A program made the translations under genes and the position numbers. A stretch of 64,000 nt of DNA from a bacterium (GTDB lineage Bacteria; J088; JAWLBW01). The stretch's first letter is position 1, and the number at the start of each line of letters is the position of its first letter. The stretch lies in NCBI GenBank assembly GCA_041690355.1, contig JAWLHK010000009.1:1-64000 (forward strand), read 5' to 3'. Under the pieces are notes generated by a model. The model made no database searches. It was not told the origin of the DNA and saw nothing but the letters and a program-made list of their open reading frames with translations. This document shows positions 1-8,049 of this stretch, in pieces.

Positions 1-50
1 CGTCAATCAGCAGGTTCCCGACTCGTCACTCGTAACCCGTCATTTGGGTG

Positions 51-157
51 GCCCCCTCGCTGTCGCGCTCCACTCTGCTCCGCACCGTCAGCTCGAGGCG
101 AACGGTCGTGTGGTCCTTGCCGCTAAATCGTCAATCGTAAATTGTCAATCGTCAATC
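51..157. repeat. Diverged copy of the 109-bp composite repeat, ending in AATCGT(C/A) heptamers
   Basis: gccccctcgctgtcgcgctcca...gtcagctcg...cgaacgg...gtccttgccg...aaatcgtcaatcgtaaattgtcaatcgtcaat matches the unit at 19995-20256; abuts the stop codon at 156. Confidence 0.85.
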
Positions 158-3100
158 AGCTGAGCCACTTCACGAGATTCAGAAACGGCTCGAGCTCATG
201 GTCTTCGTGGCAGCGGGAGGGGAGCACGCGGATCCCCAACGTGTGCGTGCCGGGTTCCGCAACGCGCAGCGTCCCTTCCCAGCGGCTTGCCTCACCGTCG
301 CCGCCGACCGGGTGCATGGGCGTGACGTGCAGCCCCGCAAGCGCCCCCTCGGGCGTCGTGCGCGCGACGACGATCTGCACCTGGAGATCCTGGGGTTCAA
401 TCTGCGGATGGCGCAGTTCTGCTTCGGCCACGACTTCGTCACCGAGGGGCACCCGGCCGTCTTCGAGCCCGCGGATGCGCACATTCTGGAATCGCAGATC
501 GGACCAGTGTCCGGCGATGCGCTCCTTGCGCTCGTTCAGGGCCAGCAGGCGGTGGAACCCCTGGTCCTCGAGCGTCCGGCCGTTCTGGATCGACGGTTCG
601 TAGAGGCCCGACAGATACTCGCGGGCCATGCGCTCGGTGGTGAAACCCGGGATGATCGTCGCCATGGACTCTTTCATGCGCTCGATCCAGCCGTGGGGTA
701 TTCCCGCATGGTCCCGGGCGAAGAAAAGCGGCAGAACTTCGCGCTCGAAGATCGAATAGATGCGCGCGCTGTCGTAAGCGTCGAGAAACTCGGGCGTGAC
801 CGAACCGGCCGCGGCGTCGATACTCCACCCGTTGCGGCCGTTCCACGCCTCGGCCCACCAGCCGTCGGCCACGCTCACGTTGAGGCAGCCGTTCATGGCC
901 GCCTTCATCCCCGACGTTCCGCTCGCCTCGAGCGGCGGCGTCGGATTGTTGAGCCACACGTCGGACCCGGCCGTGAGCAGGTGCGCGACGTCGATCGCGT
1001 AGTTCTCGACAAAGAGAACCTTGCCGCGGAACTGGGGCATGCGCGAGACCTCGATGACGCGACGGATGAGCTGTTTGCCCGGCTCGTCGGCGGGGTGCGC
1101 CTTTCCGGCGAACAACAGCAGCACGGGGTGCTCGTTCAGCATGCGCTCGAGCCGCGACAGATCCTGCAGGATGAGATGGGCTCGCTTGTAGGTCGCAAAG
1201 CGGCGGGCGAAGCAGATGACGAACGCGTCCTCGCGCAGATTGGCAAGCGCATCGGTGATGGCGGCCGGCTGTTCGCGGCGCGCCGCCCAGACGGTGGCCA
1301 CGTGCCGGCGCAGCCACGCGATGAGGCGCCCCTTGACGCTCTGGTGCGTCTCCCAGTAGACGTCGTCGGGGATGGCGCGCACGCGATCCCAGAAGCCTTC
1401 GTCGGTCAGCCGCGCGCGCCACTCGGGCCCCAGGTGCGCATCGAACTGCCGCTGCCACTCGGGCGCGACCCAGGTGTGCACGTGAACGCCGTTGGTCACG
1501 TGCGTGACGGGAACCTCTTCTTCGTGGAACCCGGGGAACAGCTCCTTGAACATCCGCCGGGTGACAGCGCCGTGAATGGCGCTCACGCCGTTCGTGCGGA
1601 TACTGCCGTGAAAGGCGAGTTTCGTCATGGAGAACCGGCTTGCGGCCTGCCCCCCGTCGGCGCCGTCGGCCTCCGGCGATCGCCCGAGCGCGTACAGATA
1701 GGGCCAGTCTTTCTGAATCGCCTCGGCATACGGCGCGAGGTAGGGGCGGATCATTTCTTCGGGAAAGGTGTCGTGGCCGGCCGCCACCGGCGTGTGCGTC
1801 GTGAAGACCGAGGTGTGGCGCACGTATTCAAGCGCCTCATGGTACTGTAGACCCTTGTCCTGAATGAGCCGGGCCAGGCGCGCGAGGATGAGAAAGGCGC
1901 TGTGCCCCTCATTCATGTGGTAGATGCGCGGGCGGATGCCAAGGGCGCGCAGCATGTGGTAGCCGCCGACACCGAGCACGAGTTCCTGATGCAGGCGGTG
2001 CGTGAGGTCGCCGCCGTACAGGGAATTCGTGATGGACCGCTCGGCCATCCGGTTGCCCTCAAAGTCGGTGTCGAGCAGGTACAGGTCGACCATGCCGACC
2101 CCCACCCGCCACGCGCGCACCTGCACGGGCCCCGTGGGAAACGGCACGGTGACCGTGAGCGGTTCGCCGCCGGGTCCGCAGACGGGCTCCATGGGTTCGC
2201 TGATGAACTCGTTGCGCTCCTGAACCGCCTCCTGCATCGCCTCGCTGTTGATGCGCTGGCGGAAGTAGCCGAAGCGGTAGGCCAGCCCCACGGCGCAGAG
2301 CGGGAAACGCAGATCGCTCGCCGTCTTCAGGTAGTCGCCCGCCAGAATCCCCAGCCCGCCCGAGTAGAGGCGCAGGTAGTTGACCAGTCCGTACTCTGCG
2401 CAGAAATATGCGATGACGGAATCCTTCTTGTCGGCGAACTGGCTCTCGAACCGGGCCCACACCGCATCCAGGCGCCGCAGATACGCAGCCGACGCCGCCG
2501 CATTCTCGAGGCGATCGGGGGGAACCGTTTCGAGGAACTTGCGCGGATTTCCCTCAGCGGCGCGCCAGTGCTCGGGGTCGAGGCTCACGAAGAGATCCAC
2601 GGCATCGGGATTCCAGCTCCACCAGACGTTGCGGCTCAGGTGACGCAGGCGTTCGAGCTCGGGGGGCATGCGGTTGAGCACGAGAAATTCCTGCAGGCGC
2701 GCGCCGGCCGTTGAAGGCGACCCGGTCGTTCCCGGGTATTCGGCGGGAATGCCCTCGCCCGCCGGACGCCGGATCTCTTCGGCGCGGTTCAGGGCCAGCG
2801 ACTCGGCGCGCCGGTAGGCGTCGATCTCGCGATCCCAGTGGAGCATGCGCCCCGTCGCGCGCGCCGTCTGCCGCAGCTTGTAGCGTTCGCGATCGCGGCG
2901 GCGGAAGAAGGTCGAGAAAAACTCTTTCAGCTCGGCGGCGGCCTGCTCGCTGTCGTAGTGGCGGCGCGCCAGCACCTGAATCCCCGACTCCCGCCACTCG
3001 CCGTGGCGCAGCGCCCACTGGCCGAACCCGGCCTGGTCGGTCGTGACCGTCGGGGTGCCGCAGGCGACGCTCTCCATCGGGCTGTAGCCCCACGGTTCGT

Positions 3101-4388
3101 ACATCGAGGGAAACACGGTCAGATCGGCGGCGGCGAGCAGGTGAAAGAACGTGACCGGCAGCAGCGGATCCTGACCGTCGAGATAGATCGGCACATAGAT
3201 CACGTGCACCTGGTCGGCGGGGGCATTGGCGAGCCCCTGCCCCTGCAGCGTGCGCAGGATCGCGTCATTGGGTTCGTCGCGGAGGTAGTGCGTAACGACC
3301 GGGTGTCCGTCGGCCGCCTCTCCCTTCAGAAGCGAGCGGCGGGCACCGCTGTGCCCCGTCGGGTAGGCGGCCAGGGCCACGACGCGCCCGTCGCGCCGCG
3401 GCGGATCATCACGCAGCATGCCGAGCGCCCGCAGGTAGACATCGATCCCCTTGTTGGAGAATTCGTAGCGCCCGCCGCCGACGACGAGGTCGGTCTTCTC
3501 GGCATCGTAGCTCGCGCCGGTCATGCGGCTCGCCAGCTCGAGCAGTCGCCGGCGCGTCTCGGCGACAGTCTCGGGCCGGGTTAGGGCGGGATCGGGAACG
3601 TCATCGGCCAGCGCGTTGGGGAGCAGCAGATCGGGCTCGCGGCCAAGAAAGCGGCGGCACTGGCCAGCGACGCCCGAGCTCACCGTGGTGAGCACGTGCG
3701 CCTCGCCGGCGGCGATGCGCTCGAGCGAATGCCGGGGGAGCACGTTCATCTCGCGCGCCAGCGTGTCGGGCTCCACGTCGTGCTGACCGTGCAGCTCGCG
3801 AAACCGGCCGGCAGCGGCGAGTGCGCGGCCCAGCGTGGTTCCGTGCGTGGTAAACACGGTCCCCAGATCGGGCGCCTGCGCCTTCAGCTGCAGCAGGGCC
3901 CCCGCGGCCGCCCATTCGTGCACGTGGGCGACCGGTTTGCGGCCCGAGGGGGCCCAGAAGCCGCGGTGGATGCGGGCGAGCACCAGACCGGCGCCGACGC
4001 CGAAGAGGAGCGGCTCGACATAGTCCCAGTCGCCGAGCAACGAGTCGAGGCGGAACCGGTCCCAGAACTCGCGCAGAATCTCGTCGCGGCGCGCATAGAG
4101 CCCCGCGAAGTTGATGAGCATGGCTCGCGGCTCGCCGGGCACGAGCCAGCGCCCCAGGCGCACGTTGACCTGGCCGGTATCGACCGCGGCGGGCCACTCG
4201 TCGTTCCACCCTTCTTCGCGGAAGCACGCGGCACTGCCGATGCGCGGCAGATCGGGACCGACGGCGACGTACCGCTCACCGTACAGCCGGCGCATGGCCG
4301 CCGCCTTCGAGGCGAGCAGCGAATGCACGCCCCCCTGACGGTTGCAGACTTCCCAGGAGATTTCAAAAAGCAGATCGGGCAGACTCAT
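156..4388 (-). CDS. glgP: Fused GT3-type glycogen synthase / alpha-glucan (glycogen) phosphorylase (GT35)
   Basis: N-half has FEISWEVCNRQGG, VFTTHGT, GGRYEFSNKGID, FPSMYEPWGYSPMES (GT3 motifs); C-half has YSGGLGILAGD, HMNEGHS, FARRFATYKR, EASGTSGMK (PLP lysine). Start placed at ATG 4388. Confidence 0.93.
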   Translation of the reverse strand: MSLPDLLFEISWEVCNRQGGVHSLLASKAAAMRRLYGERYVAVGPDLPRIGSAACFREEGWNDEWPAAVDTGQVNVRLGRWLVPGEPRAMLINFAGLYARRDEILREFWDRFRLDSLLGDWDYVEPLLFGVGAGLVLARIHRGFWAPSGRKPVAHVHEWAAAGALLQLKAQAPDLGTVFTTHGTTLGRALAAAGRFRELHGQHDVEPDTLAREMNVLPRHSLERIAAGEAHVLTTVSSGVAGQCRRFLGREPDLLLPNALADDVPDPALTRPETVAETRRRLLELASRMTGASYDAEKTDLVVGGGRYEFSNKGIDVYLRALGMLRDDPPRRDGRVVALAAYPTGHSGARRSLLKGEAADGHPVVTHYLRDEPNDAILRTLQGQGLANAPADQVHVIYVPIYLDGQDPLLPVTFFHLLAAADLTVFPSMYEPWGYSPMESVACGTPTVTTDQAGFGQWALRHGEWRESGIQVLARRHYDSEQAAAELKEFFSTFFRRRDRERYKLRQTARATGRMLHWDREIDAYRRAESLALNRAEEIRRPAGEGIPAEYPGTTGSPSTAGARLQEFLVLNRMPPELERLRHLSRNVWWSWNPDAVDLFVSLDPEHWRAAEGNPRKFLETVPPDRLENAAASAAYLRRLDAVWARFESQFADKKDSVIAYFCAEYGLVNYLRLYSGGLGILAGDYLKTASDLRFPLCAVGLAYRFGYFRQRINSEAMQEAVQERNEFISEPMEPVCGPGGEPLTVTVPFPTGPVQVRAWRVGVGMVDLYLLDTDFEGNRMAERSITNSLYGGDLTHRLHQELVLGVGGYHMLRALGIRPRIYHMNEGHSAFLILARLARLIQDKGLQYHEALEYVRHTSVFTTHTPVAAGHDTFPEEMIRPYLAPYAEAIQKDWPYLYALGRSPEADGADGGQAASRFSMTKLAFHGSIRTNGVSAIHGAVTRRMFKELFPGFHEEEVPVTHVTNGVHVHTWVAPEWQRQFDAHLGPEWRARLTDEGFWDRVRAIPDDVYWETHQSVKGRLIAWLRRHVATVWAARREQPAAITDALANLREDAFVICFARRFATYKRAHLILQDLSRLERMLNEHPVLLLFAGKAHPADEPGKQLIRRVIEVSRMPQFRGKVLFVENYAIDVAHLLTAGSDVWLNNPTPPLEASGTSGMKAAMNGCLNVSVADGWWAEAWNGRNGWSIDAAAGSVTPEFLDAYDSARIYSIFEREVLPLFFARDHAGIPHGWIERMKESMATIIPGFTTERMAREYLSGLYEPSIQNGRTLEDQGFHRLLALNERKERIAGHWSDLRFQNVRIRGLEDGRVPLGDEVVAEAELRHPQIEPQDLQVQIVVARTTPEGALAGLHVTPMHPVGGDGEASRWEGTLRVAEPGTHTLGIRVLPSRCHEDHELEPFLNLVKWLS

Positions 4389-4474
4389 GGCGCACGTGGG
4401 CGGCAGCGCCGCTTTCACCACGTTAGCATGGTTCTACCGGTGTGGGGATGAGAGTCAGGGGCTGCTCCATTGCA

Positions 4475-4509
4475 CACCAAGCGCCAAGCGCCGAGCGCCA
4501 AGCGCTGAC
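4475..4509. repeat. Five-unit heptamer array (CGCCAAG type)
   Basis: caccaag cgccaag cgccgag cgccaag cgctgac, intergenic. Confidence 0.7.
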
Positions 4510-4620
4510 CGAACGGGACTTCCATCAGCTCAGATTTTTCTGGGAAGCATCACCACAGTTCAGGCAAAGTGCCCCCCTCGGGGGAACGCTTTCAGCAATT
4601 ACGCACGTGAAGGAGGGGGG

Positions 4621-5916
4621 TCACTTGGCGCAGCGGAACCCCACGTCCGCATAGGATGCCCCCGCGGTGAGAATCGGGGTCCGGGCCGCGACCCGCTGCT
4701 CTGTGGCGCTCTCGAAGACACTGCCCCCGCGGGTCACGTCGACGCCGGTGCTCGAAGGCCCCTGCGGATCCTGCCGGGGGCTGGTGGAGTAGTAAGTTTC
4801 CCCGTAGGCGTCGGCGACCCACTCGGCAGCGTTCCCGAACATGTCGTAGAGGCCGTAGCCGTTGGCCGCATAGGACCCCGCGGCCGCGAGGTCGTCTTCC
4901 TGGCCGCCATAGCCACGGCAGCCATACAGGCGGGCATAGTTCCCCTGGTCGCAGCTCAACGTGTCGCCGTGGGGATACCGCTTGCCTTCCAGGCCGCCGC
5001 GCGCCGCGCGCTCCCATTCGGCCTCGGTGGGCAGGCGCTTGCCGGCCCACACGCAATAGGCGGAAGCCTGGGCTTTCGTCACCTGGACGACCGGGAATCC
5101 GGCGTACCGCGTGTCCGCATAGTAGCCCGTGCGGGTCTCGCTGTTTGTGCTTCCAGGCGCTGTACAGCCGCCGGCCGCCACGCAGGCTGCATAGTCCGCG
5201 TTCGTCACCTCGCGGGGATCCATCCGGTACGCCGACAGGCAGACCTCGTGCACGGGGCGCTCGTCGGGCTGTCCTTCGTTGAAGGCGTCCCCCATCTGGA
5301 AACAGCCGGCCGGGATGGCGGCCATTCCGCCGGGTTCCGCACCGTTCCCCGTGGGGCGATCCAGCAGCGCCACGAAGGCGCCGAACGATTCGGTGTCCCC
5401 CCCGATGGTCCGCGGATTGCGCGCGAGCACGCGCGGGGTCAGCAGCGTCCACGCCGCCTGCCGGTGGCCCGCCGCCAGGATCGCCTCGTCGCCCGCCGCG
5501 ACCGAAGTTGCCACGGGAAGCGCGACCCGCGCGGCCTGCTGCATCTGCACGGGCGCCTGCTCGGGAAGCGTGAGCACGGCAATTTCCACGCCGGGTCCCG
5601 CCTGGGTGTACGTCGACGTGTCGAGCGCGAAGTTCGCCAGCGGAACCACGATCACGGCGAACTCCCGGATGCCCGACGGCACCGCCTCGGCCGGAAACGA
5701 GACCCCCGCGCCGTAGATAGGGCTCGTCGGATCGGTCACCGCAACAGCGACGTCCTCTCCGGCAAGGATGCGGCGGGCGATGCCTCCACGCTCGTAGGCG
5801 GCATGGTCGAGGTCTTCAAATACCCGATCGGCCGTCTGCAGCTCGCCGACGCAGGCGGTAAGCAGAGCGGCGATCAGGATCAGGAGCAGACGGCTGGGGA
5901 AACGAAATGCATGCAT
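4621..5916 (-). CDS. Lipoprotein with C-terminal formylglycine-generating enzyme (FGE-sulfatase/SUMF1) domain
   Basis: Lipobox LTAC; IPAGCFQMG, EVTNADY, KRLPTEAEWERAARGG, ANGYGLYDMFGNAAEWV, terminal GFRCAK. Confidence 0.88.
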   Translation of the reverse strand: MHAFRFPSRLLLILIAALLTACVGELQTADRVFEDLDHAAYERGGIARRILAGEDVAVAVTDPTSPIYGAGVSFPAEAVPSGIREFAVIVVPLANFALDTSTYTQAGPGVEIAVLTLPEQAPVQMQQAARVALPVATSVAAGDEAILAAGHRQAAWTLLTPRVLARNPRTIGGDTESFGAFVALLDRPTGNGAEPGGMAAIPAGCFQMGDAFNEGQPDERPVHEVCLSAYRMDPREVTNADYAACVAAGGCTAPGSTNSETRTGYYADTRYAGFPVVQVTKAQASAYCVWAGKRLPTEAEWERAARGGLEGKRYPHGDTLSCDQGNYARLYGCRGYGGQEDDLAAAGSYAANGYGLYDMFGNAAEWVADAYGETYYSTSPRQDPQGPSSTGVDVTRGGSVFESATEQRVAARTPILTAGASYADVGFRCAK

Positions 5917-6143
5917 ACCTTCAGGCTACCAGCACCCCGCCGCGGCCATCCAGCGATTTGCCGGCCCCGGGTTGGGACCCGCCCGTTCGCCCCGAGCAGA
6001 CGGCGTGGAACGGAGTGGAGCGCGACAGCGAGGGGCGCGATTAAGAGTGACCATTCACGATTTGCCCAGCCTCCACGACTATCCTTGGTGCTTGGCGCTT
6101 TTCTTCCGATCGCCCGCCTCGCCGCCCCTCCCCCCTCGCGCAC

Positions 6144-6172
6144 TTGAGGAAATTGAAAACCTCTGGTACGAT
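6144..6172 (+). promoter_or_regulatory. Sigma70-type promoter of tRNA-Thr
   Basis: TTGAGG (6144-6149), 17 bp spacer, TACGAT (6167-6172) preceded by TGG extended -10, 13 nt upstream of the tRNA. Confidence 0.6.
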
Positions 6173-6185
6173 ATCCGTTTTTACT

Positions 6186-6261
6186 GCCGAAGTAGCTCAG
6201 CTGGTAGAGCAGCTGATTCGTAATCAGCAGGTCACCGGTTCAAATCCGGTCTTCGGCTCCA
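6186..6261 (+). tRNA. tRNA-Thr (anticodon CGT)
   Basis: 76 nt; acceptor stem GCCGAAG/CTTCGGC, D-arm TAGCTCAGCTGGTAGAGC, anticodon arm GCTGA-TTCGTAA-TCAGC, T-loop GGTTCAAATCC, encoded CCA. Confidence 0.97.
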
Positions 6262-6266
6262 TGATT

Positions 6267-6303
6267 AAAGGCACCCGGGAATCTCCTGCGTGCCTTTTTC
6301 TTT
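6267..6303 (+). terminator. Intrinsic terminator after tRNA
   Basis: aaaggcac...gtgccttt stem followed by T-rich tract. Confidence 0.7.
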
Positions 6304-6313
6304 GGGAGTGCAC

Positions 6314-6421
6314 CTGTGGGTTGTCTCCCGCGAAGGCCTGATCCATCTCAAGAGGCTACGCTTCAGCGGCCAGGACCAGGATGACATTCGACGTCTCGAA
6401 AGCGAATCGCCAGACCGTTGA
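6314..6421 (+). pseudogene. 3-prime fragment of a nucleotidyltransferase-like gene
   Basis: Translates to LWVVSREGLIHLKRLRFSGQDQDDIRRLE...stop, resembling the C-terminal V-S-x-E-x-L-I-x-x-K...Q-D-x-x-D motif of DUF6036-type nucleotidyltransferases; in-frame stop at 6266 means the 5-prime part is missing. Confidence 0.6.
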
Positions 6422-6422
6422 G

Positions 6423-6563
6423 ATGTCACCGCAAGCGATCACGGAGCGCCTGCGGATGACCGAAGCCCTCCGCCGCCTCTGCCTCTCGCTGGCGCAGGCG
6501 AAGCCGGCGGCCGGGAATCCGACCACGGAAGCGGAAGCGCCGGCTGACGTTTCTGGATCCTGA
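6423..6563 (+). CDS. Small protein (MSPQAITERLRMTEALRRLCLSL), likely partner of the nucleotidyltransferase
   Basis: ATG 2 nt after the fragment stop; homolog at 7307-7450; start could be further upstream (6381). Confidence 0.55.
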   Translation: MSPQAITERLRMTEALRRLCLSLAQAKPAAGNPTTEAEAPADVSGS

Positions 6564-6700
6564 ATTACTCCCCAACGAATAGCAGTCCATACGGACGCGC
6601 GAGCGCCCCGCGCACTTCATCCATCCCGAACGCCCGCATGAAACACGCAGACTCGCGTCCGTCGAAGAAGACCAGGAGGGTGGGGATGGTGAACACGATG
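6468..6700. repeat. Direct repeat copy 1 (233 bp)
   Basis: Ungapped match to 7355-7587, about 25 mismatches by manual count. Confidence 0.95.
6565..6700 (-). pseudogene. Duplicated 3-prime fragment of the thioredoxin-family gene
   Basis: IVFTIPTLLVFFDGRESACFMRAFGMDEVRGALARPYGLLF versus MVFTIPTLLLFFDGRESARFVRAFGMDEVRGALERPYGLLF in the intact copy; no CxxC half. Confidence 0.85.
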
Positions 6701-6869
6701 CAGGGCGCCAGCGGAATCCGGCGTCTGCTCGATGGTAAGCAGCAGCTTCGGAAGCTGGAATCCTTCAGCTCCATACTTCATGAGAAGACATGCACAGGCC
6801 TTCGCAGATACTTCTTTTTGACGTAGGAGTCAGCCGCCGCTAAGCTCTTGGTTTCGACAGGAGACGCGC

Positions 6870-7151
6870 ATGAAAATGCTTTCACGGTTTGGTTCCGCCT
6901 TGCTCTTCGTTGTCCTTACCTTGTCTGGCTGCGGGAGCGATGACCTGGGTGAGCCGCCTGACACCTGCCAGAACAACTGCGAAAGCAATGTCCTGGATGA
7001 GCCACCGGAGTCGTGCCGCAGTCATGATATTGATACATCCGATGTCACTTGCGATAACGCACACGACAAGTTCATCAATGCGGACAGCCCCGAGAGCGCC
7101 GATTGCTATTACGAATACCATGGAGAGTGCAAGTCGGACGGCCGCATCTGA
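6870..7151 (+). CDS. Small cysteine-rich acidic lipoprotein
   Basis: AGGAGA SD, signal peptide with LSGC lipobox, six further Cys; less GC-rich than flanks. Confidence 0.75.
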   Translation: MKMLSRFGSALLFVVLTLSGCGSDDLGEPPDTCQNNCESNVLDEPPESCRSHDIDTSDVTCDNAHDKFINADSPESADCYYEYHGECKSDGRI

Positions 7152-7239
7152 GCCGCCGAATCCCGACTGGCAGCTCGAAGGAAGATCTCTCCATGCAATC
7201 GAAACAGCATCCAATCGGTCCGCTGCCCCCCCCTGCAGC

Positions 7240-7302
7240 CTTTGCGGCAGCAAACAGGATGAAGCCGATATCGAGAAGCTGACCCGTGGACGCCAGAATT
7301 GA
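7240..7302 (+). pseudogene. Second nucleotidyltransferase-like 3-prime remnant
   Basis: Translates to LCGSKQDEADIEKLTRGRQN-stop, same position relative to the small partner ORF as 6314-6421. Confidence 0.45.
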
Positions 7303-7306
7303 CGAC

Positions 7307-7450
7307 ATGCCCAGCCCCGAAGAGGTGGCCCTGCGCCTCAAACGGGTTTCGCAGCTCCGCCGCCTCTGCCTCTCGCTGACGCAGGCGAAGCCGGCGGCCG
7401 GGAATCCGACAACGGTAGCGGACGCGCCGACTGACGTTCCTGGTTCCTAA
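7307..7450 (+). CDS. Small protein (MPSPEEVALRLKRVSQLRRLCLSL), homolog of 6423-6563
   Basis: 47-aa ORF not in the supplied track (alternative GTG start at 7286); shares LRRLCLSL..AKPAAGNPTT. Confidence 0.55.
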   Translation: MPSPEEVALRLKRVSQLRRLCLSLTQAKPAAGNPTTVADAPTDVPGS

Positions 7451-7587
7451 ACTACTCCCCGCCGAACAGCAAGCCATACGGGCGTTCGAGCGCGCCGCGC
7501 ACTTCATCCATCCCGAACGCCCGCACGAAACGCGCAGACTCGCGTCCGTCAAAGAAGAGCAGAAGCGTGGGGATGGTGAACACCATG
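7355..7587. repeat. Direct repeat copy 2 (233 bp)
   Basis: Matches 6468-6700 at offset 887. Confidence 0.95.
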
Positions 7588-7790
7588 TACTTTGCAGCCG
7601 CTTCCGGCGCCTGATGGATATCGACGGACAGCAGGGAGAGGCGGGGAAATTCCTCTTCCAGCAGCGTTTCGAGCTTGGGCTTGAGGGCGTGACAGATGGC
7701 GCAGCCCGGCCCCGAAAAGAGGACCGCTGCGGCGGGAAGTTCCGTCAGAAACTCTGCGAGCCGCTCGGCGGAAGGGACTTTAATTTCCAT
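7452..7790 (-). CDS. Thioredoxin family protein
   Basis: 112 aa, FSGPGCAICHALKPK CxxC, cis-Pro motif TIPTLLLF. Confidence 0.9.
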   Translation of the reverse strand: MEIKVPSAERLAEFLTELPAAAVLFSGPGCAICHALKPKLETLLEEEFPRLSLLSVDIHQAPEAAAKYMVFTIPTLLLFFDGRESARFVRAFGMDEVRGALERPYGLLFGGE

Positions 7791-8049
7791 AGCGTGGCCG
7801 GAGGAGCGGTTTCAAACCGCGGTGCTCATGCGGCGCTGACCCTTCGAGACGCCGGCATGGATGTACGCAGCAAACGTCTCGTCGAAATGTGCACGTCGGT
7901 TCCTGTGGCCCGGCTCCTCAGGGCCAACGGTGCCGCATGTCTGTTTTGGACGAGACTCTCCCAAAGCGTACGGTATCCGGAACCATGGGGCAAGGAATCG
8001 CCGGGGCTCAGAACGATAGCGCGCGGAACGCACCCTTCCTGACTGCCCC

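Noticed and set aside
4621..5916. FGE-sulfatase (CLec-fold) gene as a diversity-generating retroelement target
   Set aside because: No reverse transcriptase and no second copy of its 3-prime end seen in the window
6186..6261. Prophage or ICE integrated at tRNA-Thr
   Set aside because: No integrase, phage or conjugation genes, and no duplicate of the tRNA 3-prime end noticed
6468..7587. 233-bp repeat pair as DGR template/variable repeats
   Set aside because: Mismatches involve all four bases and are not adenine-specific on either strand
7791..8049. Possible riboswitch or small gene between thioredoxin and CoADR
   Set aside because: No recognisable aptamer consensus or credible ORF; needs a covariance-model search
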